A stretch of 64,000 bases of DNA, from assembly GCA_965202585.1 (NCBI GenBank), contig OZ241829.1, positions 68,572,001 to 68,636,000 of the forward strand. Reading direction: 5' to 3'. The notes under the pieces were generated by a model, which was given only the letters and a program-made list of their open reading frames with translations, was not told the origin of the DNA and did no database searches. This DNA comes from Thalia democratica. Taxonomy: Eukaryota. Each line of letters opens with the position of its first letter. Within the stretch, counting starts at the first letter, position 1. The position numbers were made by a program, and so were the translations under genes. Below, piece after piece: positions 49,537 to 60,700 of the stretch.

Positions 49537-51609
49537 ATGCCTGGCAAAGGAAAAGGAGGCGGTGGCTTCAAGCACGATGAAGTTCTCACCGGAGTTTTGC
49601 TGGCAGACGACTTCAGCAAGTCCTTCCACCCCATCACTCAAACCAAATGCCTCATCAAGCTGGCAAACGAGCCTCTGATCCACTACTCACTCTCTCTGTT
49701 GCACAGGAGCGGCGTGGAAAAGATCATCGTATTCTGCAAGGACTCTGACCATGAAGTCACCAGCTACTTGGAAAGCTCCACCAAGTGGGCCAACCTGCAC
49801 AAGCACGGCAAGATCAAGGTGCACGGGCCCAACCCTGACGTCAACTCTGTTGGGGACGTGTTCAGGAAGCTGGACATCTTAAACATCAACGACGACTTCA
49901 TATTTGTCCCTTTTGATGTAGTCTCCAACACAGACCTCTCAGCCACTCTAAAAGAGCACAAGCAGAGGAAGAGCAGCCACCCAGTTGATAAAAACGCTCC
50001 TCTGCTGACGGTGGTCATGACTGACAATGTCAACACCAAGCACGAGCTGAGGCAGCTGGATGATGATGTCATAGTTGCCTATGGCACCATAGACCACAGG
50101 CTGCACCATTTTGGCAAGACCAAGTCCTCCCAAGGGGGTCAGAAGCTTCCCATGAGTCTTTTTAAAGAGTGCAAGAGGCTGACTGTAAACTACCAAGTTC
50201 TTGACTCTGGCGTCTGGATATGTTCAAAGAATGTCATTGAAGTCTTCAGTGACAATTTTGATTACGAGACCCAAGACATTTTTGTCAAGAGGGTGATAGA
50301 GTCGTTTGAGTTCTTGGGCAAGGAGATTCACGCGCACCTGCTCAAGTCTGACTATTGCTGCAGGGTTAACAACCTGACAAGGCACCAACTAATCCAGTGT
50401 GATGTCATCAACAGGAAAATCTACCCGCTCCTGCCAGAGACCTTCCGCAGGTCGATGCGCGATGGAGAGTACAAGGTGGACATGAAAAGAGACTACTTGC
50501 ACAGCACCAGCAAGCTGTCCTCTGCTGTGAAGGGAAGCTCTTTCATGCTTGGACCAAAAACTAAAGTTGACTGCTCTGTCACTATGAATGAATCAGCAGT
50601 TGCTGGAAATTGCAGCATTGGAAGCTGTTCTGTCATTGAAAAATCAACAGTGATGGACAATGTTAAAATTGGCAGAAACAGTATGATTAAAAACTCCTTT
50701 GTTTGTGGCAGCGTTGAAATTGGAAGCAACGTCAAAATGGAAAATTGCTTGTTATGCTCAGGGGTAAAAATAGCGGATGACACTGAGGTGCCCCAGAACA
50801 GCATAATTGTCTATGACCAAGACAAGGAATCCACAACTTCTGTTGTTGGCAAGGGCGGCAGGGGGCAGCAGTACTCCTTGGCATCAGACAGCTTCTACGA
50901 GGACACCTCAGAGTCGCAGAACACCGCAGACCTGGCCAACAAGCTGTGGGGACTTTCCATCGACAACGTGGACCTTGAAAGCGACGATGAGATTGATGAA
51001 GTTTCTTCGGATGAGAGCATGACTTTTGACAGTGACGACGACGGAGACCCCAACATGTTCTTGGTGAAGTCCGAACCTGAAAAGTTCAAGAGGGAGGTTG
51101 AGGAGACGATTGTGAGGCTGAGCGAGGAGCCGGAGGTTGAGGTCAGGAACTTGATCCAGGAAATCAATGCTTCCAGACACGCGTACAACGTCCCTTGGAG
51201 CGGGGTGACCACAACTGTTACGTTATGCATCATGGAGCACTTTGTGCAAAAGTACACTGGGCAAGCTCAAGAAGAGAGGAGGACTTTTGGCACGGTGCTG
51301 AAAGAAGTTGTGGACATGTGCAGTGGTTTGCTGCAGGAGTACATAGTAGCCAAGAAGGCGGACCAGGAAGCTCTTCAAGCCATCACAAATTTTTCCCAAC
51401 AGAACCAGATCTTCTTGAAGAAGCTGCCCAATGTTTTGAACCTCATGTTCAACGAAGACATACTACAGCCAGAGGCGATTGTCAACTGGTATAACGAGGA
51501 CACTGACCACCCTGCCAGGCAGTGTTACAAGGACAACATCAAGGAGATCATCAGCTTTATTGAGCAGTCCTCTGAGGAAGAGTCCTCTGAAGAAGAAGAT
51601 TCTGATTAA
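49537..51609 (+). CDS. EIF2B5: Translation initiation factor eIF2B subunit epsilon (690 aa), single coding exon
   Basis: Pyrophosphorylase-like N-terminus (GVLLADDF, NFDY motif), hexapeptide beta-helix repeats, and a W2/HEAT catalytic domain (NLIQEINASRHAYN) with acidic SSEEESSEEEDSD tail. First ATG is at 49537; the ORF track starts at an upstream TTG. Confidence 0.95.
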   Translation: MPGKGKGGGGFKHDEVLTGVLLADDFSKSFHPITQTKCLIKLANEPLIHYSLSLLHRSGVEKIIVFCKDSDHEVTSYLESSTKWANLHKHGKIKVHGPNPDVNSVGDVFRKLDILNINDDFIFVPFDVVSNTDLSATLKEHKQRKSSHPVDKNAPLLTVVMTDNVNTKHELRQLDDDVIVAYGTIDHRLHHFGKTKSSQGGQKLPMSLFKECKRLTVNYQVLDSGVWICSKNVIEVFSDNFDYETQDIFVKRVIESFEFLGKEIHAHLLKSDYCCRVNNLTRHQLIQCDVINRKIYPLLPETFRRSMRDGEYKVDMKRDYLHSTSKLSSAVKGSSFMLGPKTKVDCSVTMNESAVAGNCSIGSCSVIEKSTVMDNVKIGRNSMIKNSFVCGSVEIGSNVKMENCLLCSGVKIADDTEVPQNSIIVYDQDKESTTSVVGKGGRGQQYSLASDSFYEDTSESQNTADLANKLWGLSIDNVDLESDDEIDEVSSDESMTFDSDDDGDPNMFLVKSEPEKFKREVEETIVRLSEEPEVEVRNLIQEINASRHAYNVPWSGVTTTVTLCIMEHFVQKYTGQAQEERRTFGTVLKEVVDMCSGLLQEYIVAKKADQEALQAITNFSQQNQIFLKKLPNVLNLMFNEDILQPEAIVNWYNEDTDHPARQCYKDNIKEIISFIEQSSEEESSEEEDSD

Positions 51610-52474
51610 GAAAAACTGATTAACTTTTAGATAATTTGTGTAAGACTGAGAGGGTGTTTTTATGTTTACTTTCTATTTTTAACTACAAGGCCTTAAAAGC
51701 TTGTATCTATGCCACAATTGTTAAACTATTAATTTGTTGTTGTAGGGTTTGGATTAGATTGTTATTTTGGCTAAATAAAAATTAAGACAGTTTTGCACAA
51801 AATTTATGAACTATTTCAAATTTTGAATATTTAAACATATTAATTTAAATATTTTTAAGTTTTACATATATTCTTGTAGTTTCTTATTCTAAATAACATA
51901 CCTAGTTTCCATAAAAAATAAAAGCTGTTTGGAAGCTTTTTTATTTTATGAGATACTATTGTGTACTATTTTTACTGTTTACATTTTAGATTTGATGTTA
52001 AAATATGCAAGATTAAAGTTAAGTTGACTTGTGTATATTCATTTTTGATGAATTTAAATAGATGGTTGATGCTTACAATAAAACTTTTAGATAATTGATA
52101 CAAATTGTGTTTTTCAGAAACTATAATTACTCCAAATAAAACGTGAAGATCACAAACAAGTACCCAAAGAAACTCTGACAAAAACTTTGTAGTAAGTTCA
52201 AAAGCTAAAAAAAAAACTATCAGATCTGTAAAGTATTGTCATCCTCTCAACTCTCAAAGTGATTTGTGCTTATCAAAAGTTTAGGAAAGCTAAGGATCAC
52301 TGATTTGACTTCAACATAGTATAATTTAAGCATAAAGTAGTATAAAATAAAATTTATATCAGTCATCATTGTGATAAAAGATGAATGTTAAAATATAGAA
52401 CTTATTTTTAAAGAAAGCTAAAAAAAAACAAGCTAAATATACTCTTTTATATGTTACAAAATATGTTAAAACTT

Positions 52475-52728
52475 CAAGTTATTTTTACTTAGTGAAACTT
52501 TTAGAGGTTCAACAAAAATCAAGTAAATTTTAAAACAAAGTTAAACATTTAGAAAGTTTTTAATCTTAAGGTGCAAATAAATACTTTTTAGATAAAAATT
52601 TAACTGTTTGCACCTTAAAATGAAAAACTTTCTAAATGTTTAACTTTGTTTTAACATATATCTTATTTTTGTTAAACCTCTAAAAGTTTCTGGAACTTAA
52701 TAGAATTTCACCAAGTAAAAATAACTTG
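52475..52728. repeat. ~250-bp imperfect foldback (arms ~105 bp)
   Basis: caagttatttttact...aaggtgcaaa pairs with tttgcacctt...agtaaaaataacttg; ~26-nt loop and an ~18-nt insert in the right arm. Confidence 0.85.
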
Positions 52729-53170
52729 CAGAATACTAGATAGACTTAATATCTTCAAATAACTATAAACTTAAAGTCAGAATATATCAAAAAATGTTTA
52801 TAGTAGACATTATTTAAGTCCTTTGTATCAGTTTTGTTGATGTAAGTCTTTTTATAATCTTTTTTTATACTACCATTCTCAGGCACAAATTTACTGTAGC
52901 TAATTATACATCAAAATTGAGCATGTTTTTAAATTTTAATAAAATAGTTATACGCAGGGTTTATTTGAGTAAGTATTTGTTAGTTAAATTCTTGAAAATT
53001 TCTCTTAAGACCAACTTATAAAAATCAAGATGACCTTAATGCATATTTGTATATTATGTTTCCATCTATTTATGCTAAAATAGTTTAATGATTTATTTTC
53101 ACAATAAAGTATCTTGGCTTTTAGCAATTTAAAACATAAAATTAACAAGTGTACACATCCCATTACTTAA

Positions 53171-53871
53171 GGGCATAGGGGGGCGGGTCCACCTTGATTT
53201 TTACAAGTAGATCTTATTTTATAGAGTTTTATCTGAGCTATCAGACATTTTTAACCGCTTAAAAAAATGCTTAAAAAAATTTTAAGTATTTTTTAAGATA
53301 TGAGCGATCAAAGTTGGTGACCTCAATAGGTTCCTAATGGAAGGCGCAAACTAAAAATGCAAAAAAAAGACCATTTCACTAAAAATCTATCTTCTCCTTC
53401 ATTTTTTTAAGCAATCTTCTTCAAACTTTCACAGAAAGTGTATTACTAAATTTAAAAGACATTGAATGCAGGATTTTTTTAAATTTTGAAAATAACATTT
53501 TTATTAAAAAAATACCACCTATTTTTTTGTTTTTTTTTTTATGTAAAATTTTTATTATTTTCAAAATTCCAACATTCAAAGTCTTCTAAATTACAAAAGG
53601 AACGTTTCCTGAAAGTTTAAGGTCTCTAGCTTAAAAAATGAAGGAGGAGATAGGTTTTTAGTGATTTCTTAAATTTCCGAGAAAATTGACCCCAAAAAAT
53701 TTTTGGTCTATACGTTTGTATTGGAATCTTTTTATAAAAATTTCAATATCTCAAAAGTTAAATAAGATTTTTTAATTCTATAAAAACTGGCTTGTAGTTT
53801 GTACTTTAAGATTTCGTTTAAGATACAATGTTATTTTAAGCAAAAAAAAAATGTAGGACCCCCCTATGCCT
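53171..53871. mobile_element. Second, more decayed Kolobok-like MITE related to 45981-46685
   Basis: TTAA|GGGCATAGGGG...CCCCTATGCCT|TTAA; shares internal blocks (gatcttattttatagagtttt; ctccttcattttttaagcaatcttcttcaaactttcacag). Confidence 0.8.
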
Positions 53872-54774
53872 TTAAATGTTTAGTTTATTTATTTATTATT
53901 ATATTAGTACATTTTATTATTTATATAACGAAATTTAAAGCTAGAAATTTCAGAATAAAGCTTAACTGAATGCTTTATAAAATGCTTAAAAAGTTAAAAC
54001 CTAGCATCTTTGTTTTACCAAAGGTGGTAATTGAATTACTTCATCAACACCTGTTTATGTTGCTTTTATTCAGCTGTAAATTCAATGACTTCACTTTTTT
54101 CTTAGAGAACAAGCTTTTTTTCATTATTACTTACAATAAGTTATTTCAAGTTGATTTATAATTTTTGTCTTTGAAGTTTAGATCAAAAATTAAAAAAATA
54201 TATATAAAGCAGCAAGCTTTTTGTAGAAAATGACTGTTGTTATATAAGCTTGAGTGTTAGTTTGATAAAAATGGTTTATAGCTTGGTAATGGTTGACTAA
54301 TGACTTTTTGCAATTAAATACAAAAGTTTCAAGAAAATAAAACAAAATCATTTAACTTTTGTATAAATTGTTGAAATTTCTACTTCTTATAATTACACAG
54401 TATTTACAAATATGTTTTTATCTTTTTATGATTAAGAAAAAAAAAGTTTTATTTGCATGTTTGAAAGTTACTTCTATAGTCAAATTTTTAAAAGTAATTA
54501 AACTTTTAAAAACTTTTTGTCATATTTTTTAAAGTTTTTTGATTAAGTAACAGAGATTAAACAAGGTATAAAGTGTTGCTAAAGTCGAATTAGTTAAAAA
54601 TAGACTAAAAAGGGTTATAATTCACAATAGTATTTTTTTTAACTAAAATATTTTACATTAAATACTCAAGTTTAACTTTTTCATCATTTTTTGTATAAAA
54701 AACACAATAACAGTGAACAGTAGTAACAAGAATTAACGTTATTTTAGTGTTTATTAAAACAAACAAACAAAAAA

Positions 54775-57700
54775 ATGTCGGACATGGAAGATGATTACGA
54801 CTATGATTCATCATTTGTTAGTTTTCGTTTATTTTTATTTTATGCTTACTTTATGTTTATTTGGTTCTTTGTAACAAATAAAAAAACTAAATAAATAAGT
54901 AGTTGTAGGTGAAGCAAGTACAAGTAATTTTTATATATATATTCATCAGTATTTTGTTTCAAATTTGAAAAATTATAAATCTTTTCTAATTATTATTATT
55001 GTTATCTAATAATATTGTTACCTATATAGTTGTTGTAAACTATTTTACCTCAATAGCAAAAAAAAAAAAAATTGTTAAAACTAAATTTTTTGCTCAAGTT
55101 GTATTACTAATAAAATTTTAAGCATATAGTGTTAAATTAAAATTAGGTATCATTTTACCTTTTTCATAGTATTTGTGTTCAAAATGTTGTGGGGTATAAA
55201 TGTCCCAAGCATTTTGAGAAAACTTCATAATTTACCAACAATAAATTGTAGTTTACTTAAATCATTAAGATGATTAGCAAGCAAGTTTATTGTGACTGAC
55301 AACTCCTGTGAAGTAGTAATTGCCTATATTACATTTAGTTAGAGACATTACATTCACTAACTAACACTCATTTTAAAACTTAAGAAAAATATCCATTTAT
55401 TAAGAACATATAGGAGTAAGAGAATTTTTAAATACTATACTAGATATTAGTTTGCACATTTTTAGCTTTTGTTGGTTTTTACTGAATCTTAAAGTTCTCA
55501 CTTTTGAATTGTTAGTAAAAAATATTATTTGATACCAATTTGCTTTAACAACGAAATGTTAAATAAAACAGTATATTTTTTTTGTAATTTTTCTTAAAAG
55601 TACACAATACATTGAAAAAAAGTTAAGCAAAACGTGAGTTAAGGTAAAGTAAGATTGACTATGGCTTTATTTGTAATAGATCATTCTACAGCAAAAATAT
55701 TTCTATGCTAAATTTTGAAAGAAAAAGCAATTAAAGATAGTTAAAAGTTTTATATATGTTTAACTTTTCTACAAATAAAATACAATGACATACAATTAGT
55801 CTTGTAACATAAAAAATATTATATTGTGATCTCATTTTAAAAAGCTGTAAAACTGATTTTATAATCATATTTTAAAAGTAACCATTGGTGTAAGCTAAAA
55901 TTAAAATGTAATTACTTAGTTTGTTTTTTGGTACATAAAAATAGCAAGTATAATAAACAAGTATTTAAGTTTTAAAACAATAATATTACTTGTTAAATTA
56001 TCTGTATACAATAAATAATTTACTTCATGAAAACAAAATGTAAGCAGTTTCCTATTCTATTTCAACAAATTTGATACTTATATGCAAGCAAATGTTCTAA
56101 ATTTTGTATCAAACATAACTACATAGGTACACATAAAATTTTCTGTAAGTATTTAACTTTTTAACAAAGTTTTCTTGTTTCAAATACAGGAAGAGGTATC
56201 AGCTGTAAGTGATTAAGTTAATAATTTTATAACATTTTCGTTTTTCACACTTTTTCTTTGATATACAACACATTTTGTGTACACTTTTTTGTTGGAAGCA
56301 CTGATGTCAGCAGATAATAAAAGTTTTGTTGTTTTGTTTCAATTTAGTGTGAACACGTTTTTCAACTGGTAACAAATAACTGTAAAACTAGTATGACTTA
56401 CACAATAAATGTTGTCTTTAATGTGTAAAATATGATTAAAGTTTTGTAAATTGCATGCTTTATTTGCACAGATAAATACAACACTTATAAATGATAGACA
56501 AATTGAATGCCGTTATGTCTTTAAAAGTATTCTTTGTAATAAAAGTACACATATACACTGAGTTGATTTAAAAGCTATGAGAATTTCTATTATTAGAGTT
56601 TTGTTGTTTTGAAAACTTTTTTTTTCTTTGCACACTATTTTAGTTTTGCACATTTTTGTTTTTGTGCTATCACTCTTCCTTAAATTGTTTTAGTATTTAC
56701 CTTCTTGTGCTGCACTGACTCTAAATGCTGTTAAGTTTTTTTAAAATCAATGTTTTTTCATCACTTTTAAATATTAAATTGTTAATTTTAAAGCTGTTCT
56801 ACCTATTCAAAACAAACTATGTTATTTTTCCACCTAAATATACTAAAAAAAATTAATCTGATTTTAAATAATTTGTTTATTGTGGCAATTGTATTGGGAC
56901 TGAATTAAATAATTGAAATATGTTTTTGTAGCACAAAAATAAAGTTTGATTTGTTTTATTGATAATACTTGATAGTTTCTATAAACAGCACTGGGCTTTG
57001 AAAAACACTTTTTTTGATTAGTCAGTGCAGTGATCTTAAGCCTCATCAAAAGTGCACAGAAATTACTGAATAATAAATTTTGTGCACATTAAACTACAAA
57101 ATTATATATTTATGATAAACTGTTTTTAATAATCTTAATTGTCTTGGAAAATAAATTTAAAGTTAAAAGTGTTAGTTTACATCATGTTTATCTTTTAGTA
57201 AATGAGGACATAAGAAACACCATTTCATAAAATTCACTTTGACAAACTTTTGTGCACAGTAAAATAGCTTCTTTGATCTAAGCAATTTTTGCTTTATTAA
57301 ATTTGAAACGGTCAGCTTGCTTACTGGCGTACTCAGTTGTTTTCAAGGAGTAAATTTTTGCATTGTTGTTTGTATATAAATTTTTGAATAAATTGAAATC
57401 AAGCCTAAAGCTAGTGAAACACGTGTAAAGTACAGTCTGTTTTAAAGTTTATATAACTATTTAATCATAAAAACAGGATTACTCGAACAGTGATGAGTCT
57501 GAACAGGACGTTGGTCTTGAAAATCAATATTACAACAGCAAGGCGCTGAAAGAAGATGACCCAAGAAGCGCACTTGATCTTTTTCAGAGTGTATGTAGTT
57601 TGTTTGTTATTAATTGTTAAACAGGTAATAAGTTATCTTAGTAGCGTATATTACATAAAGAAAACGCATACTAGATCTATTTTAAAGTCTATGTTTGTTA

Positions 57701-60700
57701 ATTGTTTATAAATAGTTAAGTTACAATATTTTTTAACTAAAATAGTAATGAGACTGAATTTACTGCCCACAAAAAATCAAAGCTCTTCAACATAATATAA
57801 TTTCCATGTATAAACAATGTATGCACACTTCGTGGTCAATGAAAAAAGATAATGTATTCTTAATTATAACGTTTTAGAATTTAATACTGGTGATAAACAT
57901 GATTATGTAAACTTCTAAGTTGTGCAAATCGTAACTAGTTATAAAAATTGGAGAAAGGTGATATGAATAAGTAAAAAAAAAAATCAAGCATATTTTTTAG
58001 CAAATCAAAGTTGTATATTTTAAAAGTTAACAGTAAAATTTAATGTATTTGTTGTTTCAAATTTTTATTGTAACATTCAAATACTGGAAGTGGATTGGGA
58101 TTTTTCATATCAATATGATTCTAATACTTTTTTTAGATAAAGTGTTTGAGACATTATTGATAACTATTATTAGTTATTAAAAGCAATATATATTTTTTTT
58201 TTGAAATTTTTTATTACATGGAAGTGTTAAAAATACTTAGCTTACGTTTTTTGTGTCTCTAAATTTAGTAAGTTTTTTTAACTTTACACACTGTTTAAAA
58301 CTTTTCAGCTATTTATATACAATGGTTGCAAATTCTGGTTAACTTAATGTTTGTTGTGAAAAAATGATTAATTAGTTTATGAAAAACATTTTTTAATAGT
58401 TTACTTAAACAGATTCATATAAATGATCATGCAACTTGATTGAATTTCTCAAAAATGATATAGAAAACTTCAAATTCAATTCATATGTATGACTGAGCAT
58501 ATTAATATACTGCAACGATTCGGTCATAATTAAAACTTATGTATAAATATGTATTTATTTGAATATTTTATAACATGCAGGTACTTGACATGGAAGAAGA
58601 GAAAGGTGATTGGGGATTCAAAGCTTTGAAGCAGATGACCAAAATAAATTTTCATTTGCAAAAATATGAAGCTATGATGAAACATTATAAACAACTTCTT
58701 ACTTATATCAAGGTAATTATATTAAAATTATTTGGTAATTGTTTAAAATAAATAAACTTTCATCTGCAAACATACGAAGCTATTATAAAACGTTAAGAAC
58801 AACTTCTCACTTGTGTACATGTGAATTAATTAAAGGAATAATAATAATAATTAAAAAAATAGTTATAAAACTTGTTGTGAAGTACTAAACACAACTACTC
58901 ACTTACATTAAGGTAGATAAATAAAAAAGTATTAAAGTTTAAAAAAAATATTTTTGAACTTTCTGCAAAGTTAATATATAACAAATACTTATAGGTTTAG
59001 ATTTTATATAACATTAAAAAAACGTGTGAAGCCCAGTATGAATGCTAGATATTGTAAAAAACAATAATTTGAATCTGCTAAGTTATTGTTAATATAAGTT
59101 ACATTATAGGAATATTATCAGCTAAACCAACATTTAATCAATTTTTACTTTGTAAGATACTACTTTAATACTTGGCACTCTATAGTAGTAAATGTGCGTG
59201 CAGTACAGTTCAAACTAAATTGTACTGAGACTTTCAAGAGACCATATCTCAAAAAATAATTTAATTTGAAGAAATAATATATACCACAAAGTCCAATTAA
59301 TATAGACTTTGGTGGTAAAACACAGTTGGTCTAAATATTGAAAAAGGTAGTTCAAAGTCATTCAGAAATATAACAATTTTAAACGTAGTAGTTTACAGTT
59401 TCCCACACCCGGTACATGTAGTAAAATCAAAATTAAAATTGTTTTAAAATAGTAACAAAAATTTATATTAAACCTTGTTTTATGAAATAACAAAGTGATC
59501 AAGTAAATAAATATTTTAGAATATCACATTAATATAATAAACCTAACAAAGTTTAGCTAATAAATAAATCTTAAAAGTCAGCTTTCCCAACAATGTTGTA
59601 TGCATAGTTTTACTTTAACTTTAATAGCTTGGAATTTTAAATATACATGTGATGTTTATTTAGTTACTTACTAAGTTATGCACACCTTTGAGTTAGAATG
59701 GCTATAAGTTGAAAGTACATATATCATTAAATCTCCACTGTACTCATTTGGATATATATTATTTATTCCTTAATCTTAATAAAAAAATTTCTAAAGATTT
59801 TTTATAGAAACATTTTTAAGTTAACCTTTGAAAATAAGTGATAACTAAAATTATATTTAGTTTAGTAGGGTGCATTTGTAGTTGCAAGAGTATTTTTCAA
59901 TTTTATTTTTATTCAATTTATAGTGTGTATCATTTATTATTTTTTATATCAATCTTACAATAAGTATAACGAACATAAAAAATAAAGCCTAGTATAAGTT
60001 ATGTCTAAAACCAAAATCTTATCTAAAAGGTGTATTTGTCTTACAATTTATAATTTCAGAGCGCAGTGACCAGGAACTATTCAGAAAAGTCAATAAACTC
60101 AATACTGGACTACATATCAACTTCCAAACAACTCGATCTTCTGCAGTCTTTCTACGAAATCACCCTCGATGCTTTGAAAGGTTTTTTATGGTATTAATAA
60201 GTCACTAAAATAAGTGCTTTCGGTTTATTTTGCTACTTACAAAAGATGTTTTCAAAATACAATTTTTTAACTAAAATAATTGGAAAAATAATTAACTGAA
60301 AGTATTAACAAAAATCACTATGTATTTGTAAATACATTTAAATGTGATTCTTTGAATTACACTGTTTTGTACAGTAAAATAACCTAAGTATACATGTGTT
60401 TGAAAAAAAAATACCTCAACATTTTTATAAGACGTTGTTTTCTGTTCTTTACTTTAATCTTTGGTAAAACAGCTTTAACAGTTAACAATAAAGCATTTCT
60501 GCATATCTGTAAAGAGAATGTTTTTTTATTTCAAAGATGTCAAAAAAATCAATCGATTGTTTTTGACTCTCATAATCTACTGAGATTTATTGAATGTTAT
60601 TACAGAAGTTATAATAGAAAACAAAACATGGATCTATTTAAAATCAGTTATTTTTTTTTCAGGCGGAAAGAACGAACATTTGTAGTTTAAGACTAACAAA

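Noticed and set aside
49764-51494. Overlapping and antisense ORFs within EIF2B5
   Set aside because: Expected in GC-rich coding DNA; no recognisable motifs.
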